From the NCBI GenBank assembly GCA_035633255.1, contig DASQFD010000018.1, positions 1 through 24,000 on the forward strand: DNA of 24,000 nucleotides, written 5' to 3'. The translations under genes and the position numbers were made by a program. This document shows positions 15,194 through 21,413 of the stretch, piece after piece. Each line of letters opens with the position of its first letter. The stretch's first letter is position 1. The notes beneath the pieces were generated by a model. That model ran no database searches. It was not told the DNA's origin and was given only the letters and a program-made list of their open reading frames with translations. The DNA comes from Dermatophilaceae bacterium. Lineage in GTDB: Bacteria; Actinomycetota; Actinomycetes; Actinomycetales; Dermatophilaceae.

Positions 15194-15678
15194 GTGCCGT
15201 GTCCTCGCAGCTGCCACCGCTCGACCTGCCCGCCGGCTCCCCCGTCGGCCTCGAGGACGGCGGAGGCTCGCCGCAGAAGCCCTTCTACGACCTGACGGTC
15301 CGACTGCTGGGCCACGTCCGGGACCACGACCTGCCGGCGCTGGCCGCCCTGTGCGACGACGACTTCGGGATCGTCGAGATCACCACCACGGGTGGATCGC
15401 TGGTCATCCGCGACCGGGCGGGCTGGGAGGCCTGGTTCGGCGGGCTGTTCGCCCAGCTCGACGCCATGCAGGCACGCACGTGGTCGGAGGTCACCGGTTA
15501 CGAGGCGGTGGTGAGCGGCGACATGGGCTACAGCGTCGTCGACTTCCACCAGATGCTGGTGACCGAGGAGGAGTCGCTGCGCTTCACCGTGATCGCCACC
15601 ATCATCTGGAAGCGCGTCGACGGCGGCTGGAGGGAGTCCCGCTACCACAGCTCCCTCCTCGGGGTGGAGCCCGTCTGA
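15190..15678 (+). CDS. NTF2-like (SnoaL/DUF4440-type) protein, translationally coupled to the rhodopsin
   Basis: 162 aa. The ATG at 15190 overlaps the rhodopsin TGA (ATGA). After a roughly 30-aa disordered N-terminus the pattern is typical of NTF2-fold proteins (LCDDDFGIVE...GWEAWFGGLF...VSGDMGYSVVDF...TIIWKRVDGGWRESRYHSS). Confidence 0.75.
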   Translation: MSAVSSQLPPLDLPAGSPVGLEDGGGSPQKPFYDLTVRLLGHVRDHDLPALAALCDDDFGIVEITTTGGSLVIRDRAGWEAWFGGLFAQLDAMQARTWSEVTGYEAVVSGDMGYSVVDFHQMLVTEEESLRFTVIATIIWKRVDGGWRESRYHSSLLGVEPV

Positions 15679-15717
15679 CCCACGCCTGACGTCGCTCTGA
15701 CCTCGGTCTGACCGGGA
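15674..15717 (+). repeat. Four tandem 11-bp direct repeats with core (T/C)CTGAC(C/G)
   Basis: The units are TCTGACCCACG (15674), CCTGACGTCGC (15685), TCTGACCTCGG (15696) and TCTGACCGGGA (15707), spaced exactly 11 bp apart. Unit 1 contains the stop codon of the NTF2-like gene. Unit 4 runs into the left arm of the terminator stem. Confidence 0.85.
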
Positions 15718-15750
15718 GGTCGGGCCCGGACAACCCGGGTCCGACCTCCC
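15714..15750 (+). terminator. Strong GC-rich hairpin ending the hyp/hox/rhodopsin co-directional array
   Basis: GGGAGGTCGGGCCCGG - ACAA - CCCGGGTCCGACCTCCC, a stem of about 16 bp with one mismatch, 36 nt after the last stop codon. There is no U-tract, which is common in high-GC actinobacteria. Confidence 0.65.
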
Positions 15751-16025
15751 GTTCCGCGCTCGCCCCTGGCGACTGAGCCGTGGCCGTGCCCCGTTCGGTC
15801 GTCGTAGCACGGGACGGGCCGGAAAGGGAGATTAGAGTCGGGTTGACCCGATCTGACTTCCCGGTCGGCGACGGGCGAAGGTAGTGGAACGCAGAGACGC
15901 GCCAAGCACCTTGTTGCGGCGCGAGAGCGATGCCGACGACTGCGTGGCACTGCTCATGGTCCAGCAAGGGGCCCTCGCGTCCGGGCCGATCCGGCCATCC
16001 GATCCACATCTCTAGGGGTATTTCC

Positions 16026-16312
16026 TTGTCCTTCTCCACCATCGACGACACCACCACCAACGACCGTTCGGTCCGCACCCACGGTGACGAGACGCGCCCG
16101 GCGCGCAAGACCACCGAGCTCATCGCCTACGTGGTGGCCGTGCTCGCGGTGGCCCTGACCGCACTGGTCGTGGGCGACGAGGCGACAACACCGCCGACCC
16201 GTTCAGCGCCGAGCAGGCCATGCGCTACATCGCCTACCTCACCATCGGCTACATGGTCGCGCGCGGCCTGGCCAAGTCCGGCAGCCGCGGTCGGGTCAGC
16301 GACGACGCCTGA
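16026..16312 (+). pseudogene. Small two-helix membrane protein gene with an apparent 1-nt frameshift
   Basis: A TTG at 16026 gives (M)SFSTIDDTTTNDRSVRTHGDETRPARKTTELIAYVVAVLAVALTALVVGDEA. From about 16184 the high-GC3 coding signal moves to another frame: DNTADPFSAEQAMRYIAYLTIGYMVARGLAKSGSRGRVSDDA, with a stop at 16310-16312. The total length is 287 nt (3n-1). The switch lies in the direct repeat GGCGACGAGGCGAC. Confidence 0.55.
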
Positions 16313-16543
16313 GCCTCGGCTCACCACCGGAGGGATCTCCGGTAGGACAGCGACAGCGCCCCCCTCCCCTTCGGGAGTGGGGGCGCCGTGCTGTCCGGAA
16401 CGGGCGGCCGGCGACCCACGACGCGGGGGGCCGACACCGCGGACCGCGGGGTATGCCGTGCCGTGCCCTTCCGTTTGCGCGCCGGGTCCAGCGGTGGTTC
16501 GGTGGGGTCCATCCCCGGTCCGACCCGCGAGGAAGTGGCGTCC

Positions 16544-19102
16544 ATGAGGACACGGCACACGGCATACCCGCTCAGGACGCTCGGGGGGCTGGCCCTCACG
16601 GCGGTGACCGCGGCCGCGTTGGTGGCCGCGCCGACGGCGGGTGCCCAGCCGTCCGCGGTCCCGCGAGGCGGCGTCGACGCGCAGGGGACGGCCGGGTGCG
16701 ACCCCTTCTCGGAGCCGGCGCTCGACGCCCGGGTGCCCACGGCTCGGGACGTCCTGGGACTCGACCTCGGTGACCGGGACGTCACGACGGCCGAGTCGGA
16801 CGCGTACCTGCAGGCGCTCGCGGCCGCGAGCCCCATGGTGACCGACGGTGTGCTCGCGACCTCGGTGCGCGGGCGGCCCCTGCGGTATGCCGTGGTGGGC
16901 CAGCAGAAGTGGGTCACCGAGGCCGGGCTGGCCCGGATCGGGCGCGATGTCGGGCGGCTGCGGGACGCCCGCACCCCGGAGGCGCAGGCCCGGCAGATCA
17001 TCCGGTCCATGCCGTCGATCCTGTGGGTGGCCGGGAACGTCCACGGGGGCGAGGAGAGCGGCACCGACGCCTCGCTGCGGGTGCTCTACGAGCTGGCCGC
17101 GAGGACCGACTGCGCGGCGCAGGAGATCCTCGACGACGCGATCGTCGTCGTGCTGCCGACGCAGAACCCCGACGGTCGCGAGGCCGACACCCGGCGCAAC
17201 GCGTACGGCTTCGACATGAACCGCGACTGGTTCGCGCGCACGCAGCCGGAGACCGACGGGAAGCTGGAGCTGCTGCGGCGGCTCCCCCCGCAGGTCTTCG
17301 TCGACGCGCACGAGATGGGGCGAGCGACGTTCTTCTTCCCGCCGAACGCCGACCCCGTCTACCACGACATCGGCGAGACCCCCCTGAGCTGGATCTACGA
17401 CCGGATCGGGCCGTCGATCCAGTCCTCGTTCGGCCGGTTCTCGATCCCCTACTTCAACGGAGACGTCTACGACCTCTTCTACATGGGGTACGGCGACACC
17501 GTCCCGACGACGGGCTTCAACGCGGCCGGGATGACGTTCGAGAAGGCGAACGGCGACCCGACGCCGCAGCGGGTGCGGGAGCAGTACGTCGCGATCTGGA
17601 GCACCCTCAGCACGATGGGTGCCAAGGACGACGCGCTGCTGACCGAGTGGCGGGCCGAGCACCGGACGGCATACCAGCAGGGCGTGCAGGGCAAGCTCGA
17701 GCCCAACCAGCTCTACTGGGAGGGCGCGGCCGTCGAGAACCAGGTGCCGGACGCCCCGGTCAGGCACTACTTCCTCGAGACCTCCGACCCGGCGAAGGCC
17801 GACGAGGCGCAGCGCGTCGCGCGACGGCTGCAGCGCATGGACGTCGACGTCTTCCGGCTGGTGCGGCCGCTGACGGTGCCGGACTACACGCCCTATGGAC
17901 GGCCCAGCGGGACGCGGACGCTGCCGGTCGGCACGTTGTGGGTGCCGATGGCGCAGGGGCAGAAGCACTGGGTGCAGGCGATGCTGAACGAGGACACCTA
18001 CGTGCCGTTCCCGTACTTCTACGACGTGACGGCGTGGAGCGCGCCGCTGCTGGAGAACGTGCCGGGCGGGCGCTCCGGCGCCGAGCTGCGGCCGCAGGCG
18101 GTGGCGCTGGCCCAGCAGGCCGAGCCGGACGTCACGATGCAGGGGGACGCGGCGCCGCGGGTCGCGGTGTGGCAGATCTCCGCCACGTCGGGCGGATCGA
18201 TCGAGTCGGCGGGCTGGCTGCGCTGGTGGCTCGACAAGCGGGCGGGGCTGGAGCACGCGGACGTCACGGCGGGGCGGATCGCCGGCGGGGCGCTGGCCGA
18301 CGTGGACGTGCTGGTGGTGCCGAGCGGGTCCGACTCGACGGCCGACACCGCCCTGGGCGCGGCGGGCCGGGCCGCCCTCACCTCGTGGGTGCGGGACGGC
18401 GGGCGGTTGGTCATGCTCCGCGACAGCTCCCGCCTGGCCACCCGGCTCGGCCTGACGTCGGCGACCTTCGCCGACGCCACGTCGGACATCCCCGGGTCGC
18501 TCGTGCGGGTCGAGGTCGACCCGGCCAGCCCCCTCGCCGCCGGGGTGGGTGACACCGCCTACGCGATGTACGAGTACGACTTCGTGTGGACGGCGCCGGA
18601 GGCGTCCTCGCCGGTGCGCTACCCCGCGGCGGGGGACCCCGACTGGTTCGTCTCCGGCTTCGCGGCCGGCGAGGAGCAGCTGAAGGGGACGTCCGCCGTC
18701 GTCGACGAGAAGCTGGGTCAGGGCCGGGTCGTGCTGTTCGGCTTCGACCCGAACTACCGCGCGTTCACCAACGGCACGGCGCAGCTGCTGCGCAACGCCA
18801 TCACCGGCCCGGCACCGTCCGACGCGCCGACGGCGCGGGTGACGGCACCCGGGGCGGCCACGGCGGCGTCGGTGGAGGCGTCCGGCCGGATGGTGCTGAG
18901 CGTGCGCCCGGGCGCGGCGGGCCGGGTCGAGGCGCTGCTGCGGGCCCGCGGCGCCCAGTCTGACGTCGTGCGGTCGCCCGGCGTGGTGAGCTACCGGGTG
19001 GACCTCGGTGGCAGGACCGCGGACGAGCACCCGTGGGCCTCGGACCTCGCCGCCGAGGTGGCGGCGCTGGGCAGCGCGGTGGTGGCGGTCCGCCTGCCGT
19101 AG
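16544..19102 (+). CDS. Secreted M14-family zinc metallocarboxypeptidase with a large C-terminal extension
   Basis: 852 aa from the ATG at 16544. Signal peptide MRTRHTAYPLRTLGGLALTAVTAAALVAAPTAGAQP. Zinc and substrate motifs HGGEESG, NPDGRE, GFDMNRDW and DAHEMG. The C-terminal region resembles amidotransferase-like domains (VDVLVVPSGSD...GGRLVML). Confidence 0.85.
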   Translation: MRTRHTAYPLRTLGGLALTAVTAAALVAAPTAGAQPSAVPRGGVDAQGTAGCDPFSEPALDARVPTARDVLGLDLGDRDVTTAESDAYLQALAAASPMVTDGVLATSVRGRPLRYAVVGQQKWVTEAGLARIGRDVGRLRDARTPEAQARQIIRSMPSILWVAGNVHGGEESGTDASLRVLYELAARTDCAAQEILDDAIVVVLPTQNPDGREADTRRNAYGFDMNRDWFARTQPETDGKLELLRRLPPQVFVDAHEMGRATFFFPPNADPVYHDIGETPLSWIYDRIGPSIQSSFGRFSIPYFNGDVYDLFYMGYGDTVPTTGFNAAGMTFEKANGDPTPQRVREQYVAIWSTLSTMGAKDDALLTEWRAEHRTAYQQGVQGKLEPNQLYWEGAAVENQVPDAPVRHYFLETSDPAKADEAQRVARRLQRMDVDVFRLVRPLTVPDYTPYGRPSGTRTLPVGTLWVPMAQGQKHWVQAMLNEDTYVPFPYFYDVTAWSAPLLENVPGGRSGAELRPQAVALAQQAEPDVTMQGDAAPRVAVWQISATSGGSIESAGWLRWWLDKRAGLEHADVTAGRIAGGALADVDVLVVPSGSDSTADTALGAAGRAALTSWVRDGGRLVMLRDSSRLATRLGLTSATFADATSDIPGSLVRVEVDPASPLAAGVGDTAYAMYEYDFVWTAPEASSPVRYPAAGDPDWFVSGFAAGEEQLKGTSAVVDEKLGQGRVVLFGFDPNYRAFTNGTAQLLRNAITGPAPSDAPTARVTAPGAATAASVEASGRMVLSVRPGAAGRVEALLRARGAQSDVVRSPGVVSYRVDLGGRTADEHPWASDLAAEVAALGSAVVAVRLP

Positions 19103-19127
19103 CAGGGCGACGCCTCCTCGGGGCCGG

Positions 19128-20825
19128 TCAGGCGTCGACGATGACCGGGATGATCAGCGGGCTGCGGCGCTGCTCGCGGTGGGCCCAGCCGGACGCGGCA
19201 CGGCGGACGAGGTCCTCGATCTGCTCGAGGTCCTCGATGCCGTCCTGGGTGGCCTTGGTGAGTGCCTTCTGGATGGCGGGCGTGGCGGCGGAGAAGTCGA
19301 TGGTGCCCGGGGCGAAGCCGTGGGCGAGGTAGTCGGGCTCCTCGGTGAGCGTGCCGGTGTCGGGGTCGACGAGGCACACGATGGTCAGGACGCCCTCCTC
19401 GGCAAGGGTCCGCCGCACGTGCAGGGTCTCCTCCGTGGCGCCGCCGACGTTGGTGCCGTCGACGAAGACGAGCCCCGCCGGCACGGTCCCGGTGATGGTG
19501 GCGCGGCCGTCGACGAGGTCGATGACCGCGCCGTCCGAGGCGAGGATGACCCGCTTCGGGTCCACCCCGGTGCGGATGGCGATGTCGGCGTTGGCGCGCA
19601 GGTGGCGCCACTCCCCGTGGACGGGCAGGACGTTGACGGGCTCGATGATGTTGTAGCAGTAGGCGAGCTCGCCGGCACTGGCGTGCCCGGACACGTGCAC
19701 CTTGGCGTTGCCCTTGTGCACGACGGTGGCGCCCCAGCGGGTCAGCTCGTTGATGACGCGGTAGATGGCGTTCTCGTTGCCCGGGATGAGCGAGCTGGCC
19801 ATGAGGACGGTGTCACCCTCGGTGACGCTGACCGGGTGGTCCCGGTTGGCCATCCGGGCCAGTGCCGCCATCGGCTCGCCCTGGGAGCCGGTGGCGATGA
19901 TCGTCATCTGGTCGGGTCGGAGCCGCTCCAGGGCCTTGAGGTCCTTGACGACGAGGCCGTCTGGGACGGTCAGGTAGCCCAGGTCGCGGGCGATGCCCAT
20001 GTTGCGCACCATCGAGCGCCCGACGAAGGCCACCTTGCGTCCGTGCCGCTGGGCGGCGTCGAGGACCTGCTGGATGCGGTGCACGTGGCTGGCGAAGCTG
20101 GAGACGATGACCCGGCCCTTGGTCGTGCGGAACACGGTGTCGATCGCGGGGGCGAGCTCTCCCTCGGAGACGGTGAAGCCGGGGACCTCGGCGTTGGTGG
20201 AGTCGACGAGGAAGAGGTCGACGCCCTCCTCACCCAGGCGCGCGAAGGCGCGCAGGTCCGTGACCCGGTCGTCGAGGGGGAACTGGTCCATCTTGAAGTC
20301 ACCGGTGTGCAGCACCAGCCCCGCCGCGGTGCGGATGGCCACGGCCAGCCCGTCGGGGATGGAGTGGTTGACGGCGACGAACTCGCAGTCGAACGGGCCC
20401 AGCGTGCGCCGGTGCCCCTCGGCGACCTCGACGGTCACCGGGGTGATGCGGTGCTCGAGCAGCTTGGCCTCGAGGAGCGCCAGGGTGAGTCGCGAGCCGA
20501 CGACCGGGATGTCGGGGCGCTCGCGCAGCAGGTAGGGCACGCCGCCGATGTGGTCCTCGTGGCCGTGGGTGAGGACGATCGCGTCCACCAGGTCCAGGCG
20601 GTCCCGCAGCCAGGTGAAGTCCGGGAGGATGACGTCGACGCCGGGCTGGTGCTCCTCGGGGAAGAGCACTCCGCAGTCGACGACCAGCAGCCGGCCGGCG
20701 TGCTCGAAGACCGTCATGTTGCGGCCGATCTCGCCGAGGCCTCCCAATGGGACGACCCGGAGCCCGTTGCGCGGCAGGGCGGGCAGGGTGCCGCTGCTCC
20801 GCCGGCGCGGCGAGCGGCGGCTCAT
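19128..20825 (-). CDS. rnj: Ribonuclease J (metallo-beta-lactamase / beta-CASP family)
   Basis: 565 aa. LGGLGEIGRNMTVFE, the HGHEDHIGG metal motif, a beta-CASP region and HVSGHAS. Confidence 0.92.
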   Translation of the reverse strand: MSRRSPRRRSSGTLPALPRNGLRVVPLGGLGEIGRNMTVFEHAGRLLVVDCGVLFPEEHQPGVDVILPDFTWLRDRLDLVDAIVLTHGHEDHIGGVPYLLRERPDIPVVGSRLTLALLEAKLLEHRITPVTVEVAEGHRRTLGPFDCEFVAVNHSIPDGLAVAIRTAAGLVLHTGDFKMDQFPLDDRVTDLRAFARLGEEGVDLFLVDSTNAEVPGFTVSEGELAPAIDTVFRTTKGRVIVSSFASHVHRIQQVLDAAQRHGRKVAFVGRSMVRNMGIARDLGYLTVPDGLVVKDLKALERLRPDQMTIIATGSQGEPMAALARMANRDHPVSVTEGDTVLMASSLIPGNENAIYRVINELTRWGATVVHKGNAKVHVSGHASAGELAYCYNIIEPVNVLPVHGEWRHLRANADIAIRTGVDPKRVILASDGAVIDLVDGRATITGTVPAGLVFVDGTNVGGATEETLHVRRTLAEEGVLTIVCLVDPDTGTLTEEPDYLAHGFAPGTIDFSAATPAIQKALTKATQDGIEDLEQIEDLVRRAASGWAHREQRRSPLIIPVIVDA

Positions 20826-20966
20826 CGGCGGACCCCCGTCGGGTGCGGACGGGGCGTTGCTGCGGAACGGTCGTGCGGCGTGAGGCTCATGGGCTACTCC
20901 GGGGGTGGGGGCTATGAGGACCGGTGCGAGGGCACGTCGGCAGGTCGCTCACCGGGGGTCCATGGG

Positions 20967-21044
20967 TGGCCAGGGGCGGGGTCGAACCGCCGACCTCCCG
21001 GTTCTCAGTCGCCGGAGGGCCGTCCCTGATGTGCGGACCGGGCC
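20967..21044 (-). tRNA. tRNA-Phe-like remnant or pseudo-tRNA: intact 3' third, but no foldable D or anticodon arm
   Basis: The minus-strand 3' part, AGGTCGGCGGTTCGACCCCGCCCCTGGCCA (about 20967-20996), has a perfect T-arm (GGCGG-TTCGACC-CCGCC) and an acceptor 3' strand matching actinobacterial tRNA-Phe as I remember it. A possible 5' acceptor GGCCCGG at 21038-21044 pairs with one mismatch. The interior, CCTCCGG-CGACTGAGAA-CCGGGAGG, gives a bulged stem with a 10-nt loop, not a 5-bp/7-nt anticodon arm. CCA is not encoded. Confidence 0.45.
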
Positions 21045-21413
21045 GACGCGTGCTCAGCAACGTCCATCCTATCCATGCCGAACCACGGCGGTGCCGGGCG
21101 GCGCTCAGCACGCTGCCGGCACGGGAGGGCCGCTTGACGACCAGGCGTGACGGCACCGCGGGCAGCCGGTACCTCGCGCCCGCCACCGGGTCGTCCACGG
21201 GATCCCCACCGGGGCGGCTGCTTCTTCACCCCCTCGGGTCTCGGCCCTCCGGGACGTCATCGGTGCTGCGCCCGGCCTGGAGACCTGAGAAGCCGGGTGA
21301 CCGGCCCAGAACCACGCAGGGCTCCTCCGTGCGCGTTCGCGCTCATGGCGGGCCGGCGGATGGAGCTGCGGCGGTGCGGTCCTTCCGCACCTGTCGTTCG
21401 TGCTGGGGGTGGT

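Noticed and set aside
15674-15717. The 11-bp repeats as Streptomyces-type PHO boxes (PhoP) or as CarH nAnnTnnACAn repeats.
   Set aside because: - On the minus strand the units read GGTCAGAsCGr. Only the GGTCA part fits the PHO-box unit as I recall it (G-G/T-TCA-YYY-R-G/C-G).
- They contain no ACA in the CarH register.
- The phasing is real, but the binding factor cannot be named.
15752-16025. A promoter or riboswitch call in the long non-coding region upstream of the small membrane-protein gene (TTGACC at 15843; GGAAC at about 15886).
   Set aside because: No -10 or ECF -10 element lies at an acceptable spacing: GGAAC to GTT is 22 nt. I could not recognise any known riboswitch core. The region is flagged only as worth a covariance-model scan.
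19108-19137. A hairpin, CGACGCCT-(14 nt)-AGGCGTCG, between the convergent M14 peptidase and rnj genes, considered as a bidirectional terminator.
   Set aside because: The stem is only 8 bp, the loop is large, and the hairpin overlaps the rnj stop codon. This is too weak to call from sequence alone.
20967-21044. A functional full-length tRNA gene.
   Set aside because: Only the T-arm and acceptor 3' strand are canonical. No 4-bp D-stem can be formed. The would-be anticodon arm is a bulged 7-bp stem with a 10-nt loop. I therefore report it as a remnant or pseudo-tRNA, not a working tRNA.
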